From an uncultured virus (IMG/VR IMGVR_UViG_3300025844_000001) (lineage: Duplodnaviria > Heunggongvirae > Uroviricota > Caudoviricetes > Demerecviridae): a stretch of DNA of 54,783 bases. The stretch is taken from the IMG/VR virus record IMGVR_UViG_3300025844_000001. One strand, 5' to 3'. A program made the position numbers and the translations under genes. Below the pieces are notes generated by a model that was given only the letters and a program-made list of their open reading frames with translations, searched no databases and was not told where the DNA came from. Below, in pieces: positions 31,601-40,611 of the stretch (positions are counted from its first letter, which is position 1; the number at the start of each line of letters is the position of its first letter).

Positions 31601-32152
31601 TGGTCCAGCTACTCTAGCTATATTAGCAAAGTTTCTCGCCTGCCCCCTACCTTGAGCATTAGTACGCCCTAGGCCTCTATTTACTCGTTCTTGTGATGCA
31701 GCTAGTTTTTCATTTAATTGAGTTTGAAGTGTATTACGTCTACCTACGTTCTCAGTAGTATCTTCTAATCTCTCTAACTGTACTATTAAATCATGAATTT
31801 CATTAGCACTATTAGATGACATACTTTTAAAGCCTTGCTCTAAGGTTTCATTCATTTTAACAGATGAACCCACTAGTTCTAGCATACTATCTTCAATTTC
31901 TTGCAGAACTGCTTCTAGTCTATCAGTACCTGCCCCCATACCTAAGTTACCTATTATCTGATCAACTTGTTTAGCCTCGGCTAGAATTTGTTTTAAAGAT
32001 TCTGGGATAGGTTTAAGGGAACTGTCTAATAGTTCAGCACCAGCAGCAGCATTTACCATATTATCTTGGAGCTTCTTAACATTATTAGTGACAGTAGTTA
32101 GACCTTTCTGTTTAACGTTAATAATTAGCTCTTCGATTAATTTATTAGCCAT
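28685..32152 (-). CDS. Tape measure protein (T5 pb2-like)
   Basis: 1155-aa helical protein; GVSKLEIELLDELGI motif; hydrophobic segments; synteny. Confidence 0.92.
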   Translation of the reverse strand: MANKLIEELIINVKQKGLTTVTNNVKKLQDNMVNAAAGAELLDSSLKPIPESLKQILAEAKQVDQIIGNLGMGAGTDRLEAVLQEIEDSMLELVGSSVKMNETLEQGFKSMSSNSANEIHDLIVQLERLEDTTENVGRRNTLQTQLNEKLAASQERVNRGLGRTNAQGRGQARNFANIARVAGPLPGLYAVIAANVFTLSEAFRVMTEGDQLNRLEKVGTILGAQVGVPIQSIARDMEEATGYTISYEQALRQATSAATYGFGAEQITDMTIAARRASVALGVDMTDALNRIIRGVSKLEIELLDELGITVRLTEAYDTYARSIGKTADSLSGYQKQQAYLNAVLKESEARQSAVDPLTQATGWERLGASLSGATTRGKQWISGFLEPAAAAAANIFSEDNLTKGQKVIEANLETLKKSIEAGDKGSVYSMLTGDAKAQAQYKKLNADMLNLQYQAELMRDTLAATPDNLGKNLIYRQISGIESAIDAVTAKMRVYNEALESGKTYLNKHSDAQIEAGNEAYKEAASIAKSAEEYTKITSAVKGVAKPYEVLQNNLTSVSEGLANFIAIGGTAEEFYKEIKISKETIDGYTNLQAAMEKVAVATATLGASQAAITWSDAQKGVATETTALKLQQQSINLLTKEIALAKQASATKSEGSILELEAQRNTLISERGFLLQAEARALLDASQSTRELSLLQATYIDQVANASSEYVRQKAITTQQLIFQQEQLDLAVAQNKPLAERAALEMQILQTKQKSTDLDKAELTNKFGKETDALNQGNSTGNAGPISDLTKQVQLAEQQTAIAQAKGAEFHDQYLERLSNELALKVQLQQMELSREATLQNLFMSRIGMQSTIAMNMEEELAYQNQIGASIYESSRAVLDGFDPAMGSMFDGLEKFTYALKNMGNTSEGVWNGVSSGIQAAAGVMSFMSDQAIQDIDKQIEAEKKKDGKSAESKKKIAQLEAKRKNEEMKAKRISIVSSTAAGIMQSFAQLGPWGAVPAAMIAAMGAMQLSSLDSGTVADPSGAGNIGKLELGSRDNVVNLDKGATSGELNYVRGNSGVGGIQDFVPRARGNNMSPNVSYATGEHGIEVVSSDSSRTSVTSAENVDGTSSGRKGIGMALTINALDSQSVIDRAAEIFAAVEAEANSRGYTLER

Positions 32153-32230
32153 GTTTTTTCCTTATAAAAAAAGCCTTGGCAATATAATCACCAAGGCTAA
32201 ACCCTCTCTTAATTGCCTTTTGGAGGAAAA

Positions 32231-32623
32231 CTACTTCTTAACCCTGTTCATATCCTTTTTAGCTCTAGCTTCTAGTATATTTAATAAGTTGAGAATAATA
32301 AGTTGCTCTTCAGGGGAGTCAATAAAGTGTAGCCTAAATAATAAGTCTAGGCAACTTTTATCTTTGCCCTGATAATAAGGAGTTCCCTCCATTCTAGGGA
32401 TATAAATATCCGGTAGATTGGAGAATATATCTAAACTAGTTAAAACTAGTGAAGGGAAGTCCTCTAAAGCAGCTGGACAGTCTGACATAGGCTGAGGCGG
32501 TTGGCCTATCTCTATCCATTGTGTACGCATAGCTAGGAATTTATCCTTAGTAATACCAAGAGAAGTATTATCTAAATACTTCTTAAACTCGGTATATACT
32601 TTGTCTATATTACTTAGTGCGAA
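32231..32623 (-). CDS. Tail assembly chaperone, C-terminal (frameshift) part
   Basis: Frame is open from ~32629 to 32231, overlapping the end of the upstream chaperone in the +1 frame. Confidence 0.65.
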   Translation of the reverse strand, partial: FALSNIDKVYTEFKKYLDNTSLGITKDKFLAMRTQWIEIGQPPQPMSDCPAALEDFPSLVLTSLDIFSNLPDIYIPRMEGTPYYQGKDKSCLDLLFRLHFIDSPEEQLIILNLLNILEARAKKDMNRVKK

Positions 32624-33026
32624 ATTTTGTTAAAGATTTACACGACGTGGTTACCCAGCGATTTAACGCTACGCTCTCTAAGTATAGAGCCAGAGCATTC
32701 TCTGGTGAGTAATCAATTTCTACTGATGGGTCAACATCGTCTGGAATCTCAATAAGCATAAGATTACTAAGAATCTCATAAGTTAAACCTGACCAGCCTT
32801 TAATAGCGTGTCTACAGAATTGCTCTGCGAATACGTTATTATCCACTTCTTCAAATGGTACGCCAGATTCTGGGTCTAACTTAGTTACATAAGATTCTTT
32901 ATACATCTTACGGCTTAGTTCTGTTGATAAGTAACCGATTTGAACCACAAAAGTAGGATACTCTGGGAAATTTAAATCGATTGTTTTAGTGTTTAGTTTA
33001 ATACTTTTAATTGAAATAGCTGACAT
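32610..33026 (-). CDS. Tail assembly chaperone (gpG-like)
   Basis: AIKGWSGLT motif; between tube genes and tape measure. Confidence 0.82.
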   Translation of the reverse strand: MSAISIKSIKLNTKTIDLNFPEYPTFVVQIGYLSTELSRKMYKESYVTKLDPESGVPFEEVDNNVFAEQFCRHAIKGWSGLTYEILSNLMLIEIPDDVDPSVEIDYSPENALALYLESVALNRWVTTSCKSLTKFRTK

Positions 33027-33910
33027 TAGCTGTACCCTCCTAAGGTAATGGAATTAAGAGATTGATGTTTAATATCAAAGAATACCTTGAAAACCTCAGA
33101 CGGTTCTTCTCTCGATGTAATCTTTGCGTTTGGTATATCTATAAAGAATACTTTATTACCTAAGTGAACATCTTCATCAAAAGGTAAACCATTATTAGAT
33201 AATAGTGGATTAAACCCCATATTAGATGTTACCATTGCAGTAATATCGTACCCCGTTACTACTGGATTAGTAGGTGTAGCAAGAGAGCCTAAGTTAAACT
33301 GAGTAGCTCCTTTGTTAAGTCTATTAATACTTCTAGTAATTGTAAATGCTGCACTAACAACACTTGGAAAATTCTGTGTACCTAGTTTAAAGTCTATGTA
33401 CGATGGACTTCTTATTTCTGGTTCAGGACTTGGTTGCAATACTGCTATATTAGTTTTCTGTATATCAGAGAACTCAATACCAAATACCATTCTACTCATA
33501 CCACTAGCAGATAGACCAAAGTCTAAGTTTGTTACTACTGCATCAATTATTCTATGATATGTATTAGATACCCTATTAAATAGTACTATGTCAATACCTT
33601 GTACTCTAGTCGTATAATTATTATCAAAAGTATACTCAGCATTATTATTAGTAGTAAAGTCTAATGTTTCTAGTAGTATTGGAATAGCTAAACATTCCCT
33701 ATTGAAGTATACCTCAATAGAGCCAGAACCTAAGTTCTTAGACCTATTAATAATACTCTTGGGTGCTATACTAGCAAACTGACTTTTTCTATTAATAGTT
33801 TTCTCCGAAACCGTTTGGTTTAGAGAAAAATCGGCTACAGAGTTTAGTAAGTAGCCGATACCATCTTTAACCACGTATAGTTCGGAGTTGCGTTTAAATG
33901 AAAAATTCAT
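33026..33910 (-). CDS. Baseplate tube protein (T5 p140-like)
   Basis: 294 aa directly after the major tail protein; tube-like sequence. Confidence 0.75.
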   Translation of the reverse strand: MNFSFKRNSELYVVKDGIGYLLNSVADFSLNQTVSEKTINRKSQFASIAPKSIINRSKNLGSGSIEVYFNRECLAIPILLETLDFTTNNNAEYTFDNNYTTRVQGIDIVLFNRVSNTYHRIIDAVVTNLDFGLSASGMSRMVFGIEFSDIQKTNIAVLQPSPEPEIRSPSYIDFKLGTQNFPSVVSAAFTITRSINRLNKGATQFNLGSLATPTNPVVTGYDITAMVTSNMGFNPLLSNNGLPFDEDVHLGNKVFFIDIPNAKITSREEPSEVFKVFFDIKHQSLNSITLGGYS

Positions 33911-33925
33911 TAAACCTCCTAAAGG

Positions 33926-35143
33926 TTATACAGGTATATTCATATCCTGGTTAGCAATGAAGTTAGCAACGTAACCTGCGTTAGCATCATTAGTAATACC
34001 GATATAGATAGAATCAGAAGTACCAAATGATGATGGAATAGCTTTAAATTCAATACTAGTACCGATTACATCACCAGACTCAACAGTAGGTGTTGATAGG
34101 TGACATGTTGGTAGTAGAACCATAAGTAAAGGATTCTTCAACTGAGTAGCTGTATTTGTATTATCAATAACAGCTTTAGAAGAGATACCACCTAAACAGA
34201 TAGCAAATTCGAAGCTATTAGTAGTAGAGGTATCACCCTGCATCTTAGCTAGTAATTCCGCAGTATACTTATCTCCTGCGCCCGTATCATTACGTAGATA
34301 AGCTGTTAAGCTTCCAGTAACTTCAAAAGAACCTGTGAACGAACCAATTGCTTGGTCTACACGAGATAAAGTAGATGGTGTTAAGTATGTAATATTATTG
34401 CTAATAGTCATAGAACCACCAGTAATAGGGATAACATATTCTACACTATCTTTATTATCTTTACACTTAATAACTGTTAACTTATTTTTAATATAAGTAG
34501 CCGAGTTAAAGATAGCATCTGATAACTTATAATCAGTACTTGCTGGGTCAAATGGTTGAGTAGGTAAAGTTTCTAACTTAGTACCAGAACCACTCCAAGC
34601 AGCCATTGTAATAGCAGATATATCAAAACTAATTTCGGCTTGACCTACTTGACAGTTTGATATTTTATACCATACAGAACCCATCATAATATAGATAGTA
34701 AATGTAGTTAAAGTATGTACTTGGTTATCTTCAAAATTAACTATCATGTTAGCTGCATTAGACGCTACACTATTAGTAGGGTCAGCTGGATCATAAGGGC
34801 CAGAACCTGCTAGACAGTGCCATAAGATTGAGTCTAGTGCTAAAACACCAGAGTCAGTAGCAGTACCATCGCCATTTAAATCTAGTTCTTGGAATGCACG
34901 AGTATAAGTAGAGAAGCTCCACTCAACTGGATCTAAAGCCTCGTTAAAACGAGCAGAACCACGCGCAGGGGCATAACCAGCTTCATCCAAACTAACATCA
35001 CTTGTAGATGTACCTTGTGAGAATGATAAGTCATCCTGTAATAAAATTTCTTTTGTGTTTAACTTAGTAATAGCTGCTTGAGTAGGCGCTGTGCTTACCC
35101 AAAGTCTGGCATTACGAAGTAGTTGAATATTAGAACTCATCAA
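33926..35143 (-). CDS. Major tail tube protein (T5 pb6-like)
   Basis: QLLRNARLWVST, EILLQDD.SFSQ, RGS.RFN.AL.P.EWSFSTY motifs. Confidence 0.92.
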   Translation of the reverse strand: MMSSNIQLLRNARLWVSTAPTQAAITKLNTKEILLQDDLSFSQGTSTSDVSLDEAGYAPARGSARFNEALDPVEWSFSTYTRAFQELDLNGDGTATDSGVLALDSILWHCLAGSGPYDPADPTNSVASNAANMIVNFEDNQVHTLTTFTIYIMMGSVWYKISNCQVGQAEISFDISAITMAAWSGSGTKLETLPTQPFDPASTDYKLSDAIFNSATYIKNKLTVIKCKDNKDSVEYVIPITGGSMTISNNITYLTPSTLSRVDQAIGSFTGSFEVTGSLTAYLRNDTGAGDKYTAELLAKMQGDTSTTNSFEFAICLGGISSKAVIDNTNTATQLKNPLLMVLLPTCHLSTPTVESGDVIGTSIEFKAIPSSFGTSDSIYIGITNDANAGYVANFIANQDMNIPV

Positions 35144-35602
35144 TTATCTCCTTTGAATATTTTGATACCTAATTTGTGTGGTTATTTCCCCGAAAGCCAA
35201 TGGGGCGAGAATTCCTTCATCAGTAGTTACACTACGAATATTAGAGTCTGCGGTATAACCTGTTATTGTATCCCCTGATGCTTTAGTGATAGTATACTCT
35301 AATTGTAAATTAGAGTCAATTATATTTTCTATATCTGCGATGAGCAGCTCTAATTTGCCTTGAGCATCTTCTTCGCTTCGAACATATAATCTTATATATA
35401 CATCTAAATACTTCCATTTTATTCCAGAACTTTCTAGAGTAATTGTACTAGGGCCAGGGGAGACAGTACAGTATGGGAAGTCGGGTATTTGGTCGAAGTG
35501 TAGATTCTTAGTTGATACATTACCATAAAGGTTTGCATAATCAGAACCATCTACTCCTGCTTTTATTAATGCTGCTAAAGAGTCTACTATTGAACCCCTC
35601 AT
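35144..35602 (-). CDS. Tail terminator protein (T5 p142-like)
   Basis: LYGNVS, FP..TV.PG, TTDEGILAP; synteny. Confidence 0.82.
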   Translation of the reverse strand: MRGSIVDSLAALIKAGVDGSDYANLYGNVSTKNLHFDQIPDFPYCTVSPGPSTITLESSGIKWKYLDVYIRLYVRSEEDAQGKLELLIADIENIIDSNLQLEYTITKASGDTITGYTADSNIRSVTTDEGILAPLAFGEITTQIRYQNIQRR

Positions 35603-36336
35603 AATTGGTTAATCCTTATATTATATTGCCTACTAGAAACTAAATCATCTAGTACCTTAGTAATTGCTTCTCCTATAATCTTACGAGGATTTCTTTCTGG
35701 AGTAGCTAATCCTAAACCATTCGGCCCTGCTGGATCAAAAGTATGGTATGGATACATTTGGTACCCAAAAGTTATTTCTAGTATAGGTAATGAACTACTA
35801 GGACTATTATAAACCTGTACATTACTAACATAAGTACTAGCTACAAATCTACCAGTTCTATATACTAAAGAAGGACTAACCATATCTTTAACTATATAAG
35901 GTTTCATTAGTAAGCTAACTAAACCTTTGAAAGCTTCTATACCAATAAATCTACCGGACTTAGTACGTATAGATAATAGAGAACCTATATTTTCAGTGCC
36001 CTTACCTGTACCCCTAATAGGTAGGGAACCCATAACTTTAGTACTTTTACCTATACTTTCTGGGTCTATACCTGCTTTACCTAGTATTGCACCTATAACA
36101 CCTAAGCGTCTAGCGGATAGGTTAGTAGATAGGATATTTATAAAATCAGGCATAATCTTTTCTAGATCAGCTTCAGGTATAGGTTTCTTAAATTTAAAGT
36201 TAGTAGTAAATACGTCGGGATCAGCCCTACTACTATTAATCTCTAGACTATAGCTTATTGTCCCATCATCATTTTTAGAGTATAGTTTATTAATCAGCTT
36301 ATCAACTACCTCTTTTGCAAAACTAGATAAAGACAT
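35599..36336 (-). CDS. Tail completion protein (T5 p143-like)
   Basis: SGRF, LVYRTGRF, YPY..FDP, RNPR.IIG; synteny. Confidence 0.8.
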   Translation of the reverse strand: MSLSSFAKEVVDKLINKLYSKNDDGTISYSLEINSSRADPDVFTTNFKFKKPIPEADLEKIMPDFINILSTNLSARRLGVIGAILGKAGIDPESIGKSTKVMGSLPIRGTGKGTENIGSLLSIRTKSGRFIGIEAFKGLVSLLMKPYIVKDMVSPSLVYRTGRFVASTYVSNVQVYNSPSSSLPILEITFGYQMYPYHTFDPAGPNGLGLATPERNPRKIIGEAITKVLDDLVSSRQYNIRINQL

Positions 36337-36842
36337 TATAGTGGCCTATAGTGCGCTACTAAGGACAATATATGTTTTGGTATATTACTTGATAAGGTTA
36401 CAAAGCTAATAGATTGGCCAGCAGCTGATGCACTAGCTTTATATTCTTCTCGCTTGTAGTATCTAGCTAACGTATGTGCTGCTAGTATAATATCTGCAGG
36501 ATAAGTCCCACCAGTCAGGGGGATATGATTTGAGTATGTAAAATTAACAATACCAACATAATCATTAGTTAATGTATATCTACCTCTACTACCTGTTAAG
36601 CCAGTAAGAGGTACTCCATCTACATCAGTAACTATAATATCAGCAGCCCTATCTAGAGTATCTAAGAAAAATGACTCTGTAGTTTCTACCTTTTCTAGAT
36701 AATCAGAAGTATTATCTAGGTCTAATATATCAGATAAGTACGAGTTAACACCATTTACTATTGTGGTAATCTGAGCATCTGAATCGGGGCTATTAATACC
36801 CTCAGCGGCTTTAAAGTCCGCTACACTAATTATTTGTGCCAT
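36336..36842 (-). CDS. Head completion / head-tail adaptor (T5 p144-like)
   Basis: 168 aa directly after the major capsid protein; PADI.LA..YYK motif. Confidence 0.78.
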   Translation of the reverse strand: MAQIISVADFKAAEGINSPDSDAQITTIVNGVNSYLSDILDLDNTSDYLEKVETTESFFLDTLDRAADIIVTDVDGVPLTGLTGSRGRYTLTNDYVGIVNFTYSNHIPLTGGTYPADIILAAHTLARYYKREEYKASASAAGQSISFVTLSSNIPKHILSLVAHYRPL

Positions 36843-36854
36843 ATATTTTCCTCA

Positions 36855-36885
36855 ATAAAAAAGGGCAAGGCTAGAAGCCCTGCCC
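36855..36885 (-). terminator. Terminator after the major capsid gene
   Basis: Minus strand AGGGCAGGGC..GCCTTGCCC then TTTTTT. Confidence 0.75.
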
Positions 36886-36902
36886 TCATTTGGGTTATGC
36901 GA

Positions 36903-38297
36903 TTAAGCAGCCGCGTAAGTACCTGTAACAATACCTTTACCAGCAATCATACGTTGTAGGTTAAGACGTTGTGTAACGTAGTACGCATCACGTTGCTTAC
37001 CAGCTTGACGCTCGCGTTCAACAGTAATTGTGCGTTGACGAGGAACAACGAAGTTCTCACGATATACGATAGCACAGAATTCTGAACCTAAAGCTTTTGC
37101 AGGGAAGTAGTTAGAAACTACAACAGCTAGACCGTAGATACGACCAACTTGTCCTTGAAGCTTTAACGAATTATCAGCACCAACTTGGTTAACGTCCTGC
37201 CATTCTTCATCTTCTAAAAGATCGAAGTATGCGTCCATTGAAACTACTAGTGCTAGTTTAGATAAATCTAAACCGTATTGACCCATGTTACGACGTAACA
37301 CGTGAATCATTTTAGCTGTAACTTTAACAGTACCAGTATGAGTAGCTAAAGTAGCTTTCTTCATAGAATCTGCAGCAGCCATAGTTAGTAGACCAGCAGG
37401 TTGACCAGTACCAGTACCACTCATGAAAGCAATTTCGATAGCTTTAACGTGTGATTCAACTAAGTGACGACGGATAATAGGTAGTAATGCTACGATAGCA
37501 TCTTCTTCTGTTTCATCAGTCATGTAAGCTTTACTAGCTAGTTTGAATGTACGGAAAGTTGTTTCACCTAGAGCAGCTGTAATTTCTTTACCAGTAGTAG
37601 CGTCAGTACCATAAGTTGTAGAATCAACCCATGTTGCAACTTGTGAATCAGGTTCGATCATCATAGTAAGTAACTTACTAGTCATCGGTAATTCTTCGAA
37701 CATGTTACCAACAACCATTAACTTCTGCATATCACGTAGAATACGTTGAGAAAAGATTGTTTCGTAGTTTTCACTAGAAACTTGGATGCTTGAACTTGCG
37801 TTAACAGCTTTTAAGTGAGCTTCACCATATTTGGTTTCGAACATGCCTTTTTCAGTAATGAAACTTACTAAAGCAACATTTTCAACTTCTTTTTCAAAAG
37901 TTTCTTGGTCGTTACCGAACATAGCTTTACCAACTGCACCAGCCACGAAAGAGTGGTTGTTTTCACGTGATGCTAAAACTTGTTTAATTTGATCTTGATA
38001 GCCAACAACTTCTGCTTGCATTTGTTCTAATGCTTTAGCGAATGCTGTATTGCCTGTATCAAGTTTGCTTTCTAAAGCTTTGATTGTATCGTTTGCTGCG
38101 ATCAACGCTTCGCGTTGTTCTCCAGTAGACGCTTCGATTAACTTAGTTACACGAGCTTCTTCTTCTGCTGCTTTTGCTGCTAGAGCTTTAGCTGCCTGAG
38201 TTTTAGCATTTTCGTCACTAACTTGCTTTAGAGCGTCAGTGATTGCGGTAAGACCAAGTTGATCTCTTAATTTGTTAATATCTAATGAATTTGGCAC
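36903..38297 (-). CDS. Major capsid protein precursor (HK97 fold with N-terminal delta scaffold; T5 pb8-like)
   Basis: Coiled-coil N-terminus; VSSENYETIFS.RI.RD, DETEEDAI, GQVGRIYGL, YVTQR.NLQR. Confidence 0.95.
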   Translation of the reverse strand: MPNSLDINKLRDQLGLTAITDALKQVSDENAKTQAAKALAAKAAEEEARVTKLIEASTGEQREALIAANDTIKALESKLDTGNTAFAKALEQMQAEVVGYQDQIKQVLASRENNHSFVAGAVGKAMFGNDQETFEKEVENVALVSFITEKGMFETKYGEAHLKAVNASSSIQVSSENYETIFSQRILRDMQKLMVVGNMFEELPMTSKLLTMMIEPDSQVATWVDSTTYGTDATTGKEITAALGETTFRTFKLASKAYMTDETEEDAIVALLPIIRRHLVESHVKAIEIAFMSGTGTGQPAGLLTMAAADSMKKATLATHTGTVKVTAKMIHVLRRNMGQYGLDLSKLALVVSMDAYFDLLEDEEWQDVNQVGADNSLKLQGQVGRIYGLAVVVSNYFPAKALGSEFCAIVYRENFVVPRQRTITVERERQAGKQRDAYYVTQRLNLQRMIAGKGIVTGTYAAA

Positions 38298-38356
38298 AAT
38301 TAATCTCCTATGATTATATCGTTGTAAAAAATTTGGTCTTAATTTAAGATAGAATT

Positions 38357-38386
38357 ATTATATACTAAATAGTTAGGTTTTGTAAA
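38357..38386 (-). promoter_or_regulatory. Late promoter for the capsid gene
   Basis: Minus strand TTTACA-18-TATAAT. Confidence 0.55.
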
Positions 38387-38400
38387 CCAACTTTTATATT

Positions 38401-38976
38401 TTAGTCTAGGGAACCTAACATTAGTAGAAGTTTTTCAATCTCGTTTAAAGGCTCAGGTTCAGATTTAATGAACTTTTGCTTTAGTTCTATATAGTCTTTC
38501 ATACATAAGGTTTTTTCTAGACTAAAGATAGAATCTTGGTTACAAGGTACTGATACTACTGAAAGTTCTAGTAGTTCTAAGTCTTTTATTAAGAAAATAC
38601 CTTTCTCATGTTCGTAATCCGCATCTAAGATTCGGAAACCAACACTGAAAGCTTTTAATATACCATCCTTGATTAGTCCATATACACTAGCAGGTGCTGA
38701 CTTAACAACTCTAGCGACTACTTCCAATCCCTCTGGTGTAATATTCAATTCTGTTACTTCGCCAATAGGTAGTTTATGGTCATGGAATGCAAGAAGAATT
38801 GGATTCTTCATGTAGTTTGTTAATGCATTACTAGATTTCCAAGTTTCAGTAGGAATAACATCCCCAGCTCTATCCTTGGTAACTGTATTTGCATATCCAC
38901 GTATAATAATATCACCAGTATCTTCAGTTAAAGATACTGATTTAATATACGCAGTAATTTCAGGGTTATTTTGCAT
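38401..38976 (-). CDS. Prohead maturation protease (T5 pb11-like)
   Basis: GYAN..KDRAGD, NPILLAFHDH..PIG, FSVGF, ELSVVSVPCN. Confidence 0.93.
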   Translation of the reverse strand: MQNNPEITAYIKSVSLTEDTGDIIIRGYANTVTKDRAGDVIPTETWKSSNALTNYMKNPILLAFHDHKLPIGEVTELNITPEGLEVVARVVKSAPASVYGLIKDGILKAFSVGFRILDADYEHEKGIFLIKDLELLELSVVSVPCNQDSIFSLEKTLCMKDYIELKQKFIKSEPEPLNEIEKLLLMLGSLD

Positions 38977-39190
38977 TAGTAGCTCCTTTAGCTTTTACAG
39001 CTACATTTTTAGTTTTAGAAGCTGCCAAAGCTTTCTGTACAGCTACATAACGGTAATACTCATTATTAAATGATACCCAGCTACCAAACTCCTTGAAAAG
39101 AAGAGCACGTGTAGGTGCTCCCTCCGATGCAAAGAATACATGGCGCTCAGGTAGTGTATCACCAAAAGTTTTAAATAGTTTATCAATCAT
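38966..39190 (-). CDS. Capsid decoration protein: stand-alone pb10-like capsid-binding domain
   Basis: FGDTLPERHVFFA resembles the T5 pb10 N-domain (FGEKLPESHIFFA); pb10 position. Confidence 0.7.
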   Translation of the reverse strand: MIDKLFKTFGDTLPERHVFFASEGAPTRALLFKEFGSWVSFNNEYYRYVAVQKALAASKTKNVAVKAKGATNAK

Positions 39191-40611
39191 TATAATACTG
39201 CTCCTACAGTGCTACTGAGATGCCAATTTTGGCCTGAATCTCCAGTTCTAAGGGTACTAGTTGTATTTCTAGCTGCTAATACATAAGTAACACCATTATT
39301 ACCTAAGTCTTGCCACTGTAGAAACTCTCCTACACCAGCTGTACTTAATACATTTCTAGTCCAAGTAGCTCCTCTATCTGGAGAGTAACCTAATACAGCT
39401 TCGTTATTAGAGCCTTGGACAAATCCGAATAACTGCTTACCGTCATATGATATATTTACTTGTAAATAATCAGAAAGTAAATCAGTAGGTAGAACTAAAT
39501 TATTCCATGTAGCACCACCATCATAAGAAACTATATGAGCAGCATCGTTACCATCACATATCACTATACTATTAGTATTATGCGACATGCTTGCACTAGA
39601 CCAGTACCCGCTAAATTGTATTTCCTGTAGTGACCAGTTTCTACAACCATCTTTACTAATAAATATCTTATTATCGTTTATTATAATACAGGTATCACCC
39701 TCAACATTATTAAGAATTATAGGATTATTTAGTGAAGCATACTCGCTAAATACAACAGCTGTTTGTGTATATGGATTTGTTAAAGTACTCCAAGAACCAC
39801 TTGAGTACTCAAGTAAAAACTCACCAGTAGCAGAGATTAGTCTAATAATACTACTATCATCAGATACCCAACCACTATTAAAGCCAGATACTAATGCTGC
39901 CGTACCTGTGGGTAAGGCAGGTAATGTAATCCAATTTAGACCACCATCTATAGAGTAATTTACTATATCCTCACTAATACCTGTATCTAGTGCTATAATA
40001 GTATTACCATCAAAATTAGTAATAAATTTATAAGTTTTATTAGTAGCACCTGGGACAGTAAACTCAGACCAATTAAGTCCAGAATCTCGGCTTATAGCCG
40101 CAGTAGAGTTATACCCACGAGCACTTATTAGTGTATCGCCATCCCCAGAAAGTGTACCAGCTACCCAGTAACCACTAGTCTGTAGTGGTCCTGGTACTAT
40201 TTGTTTAATAATAAAATTATAAGCGTTTAAATCCAAAGTACCTAGAGCAATATCTTCTGCTATAGCATTTACTTGAATATCAGTAACATATGTACTACCA
40301 GTATTATTAATTAAATCACTTAATGAAGCTAAATATGTATCATAACCACTGTTAGTACGTAACTCACTTAGATTAAGACTATTAAACTTTCTATTAGCTA
40401 CATAGTAGGTATAAACATTTAAGAAGTCCTTCCATAAATCAAGTTCTTTACGGTTCTCAAGGTCGCCTTGTTTATATCTCTTTATAAAATCATATAACTG
40501 TGCTCTTGTAGGGGTACCACTATGTGCATAGAATATATGGCTCTCAGGTATAGTACCATTAAATATCTGTAATAACTCTTCCATTATCTCATTAGGCCAT
40601 GTTTCAATCAT
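39190..40611 (-). CDS. Capsid decoration protein: pb10-like anchor fused to a BNR/Asp-box beta-propeller
   Basis: N-terminal FNGTIPESHIFYA..PTRA; at least five S-x-D-x-G-x-x-W Asp-boxes. Confidence 0.72.
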   Translation of the reverse strand: MIETWPNEIMEELLQIFNGTIPESHIFYAHSGTPTRAQLYDFIKRYKQGDLENRKELDLWKDFLNVYTYYVANRKFNSLNLSELRTNSGYDTYLASLSDLINNTGSTYVTDIQVNAIAEDIALGTLDLNAYNFIIKQIVPGPLQTSGYWVAGTLSGDGDTLISARGYNSTAAISRDSGLNWSEFTVPGATNKTYKFITNFDGNTIIALDTGISEDIVNYSIDGGLNWITLPALPTGTAALVSGFNSGWVSDDSSIIRLISATGEFLLEYSSGSWSTLTNPYTQTAVVFSEYASLNNPIILNNVEGDTCIIINDNKIFISKDGCRNWSLQEIQFSGYWSSASMSHNTNSIVICDGNDAAHIVSYDGGATWNNLVLPTDLLSDYLQVNISYDGKQLFGFVQGSNNEAVLGYSPDRGATWTRNVLSTAGVGEFLQWQDLGNNGVTYVLAARNTTSTLRTGDSGQNWHLSSTVGAVL

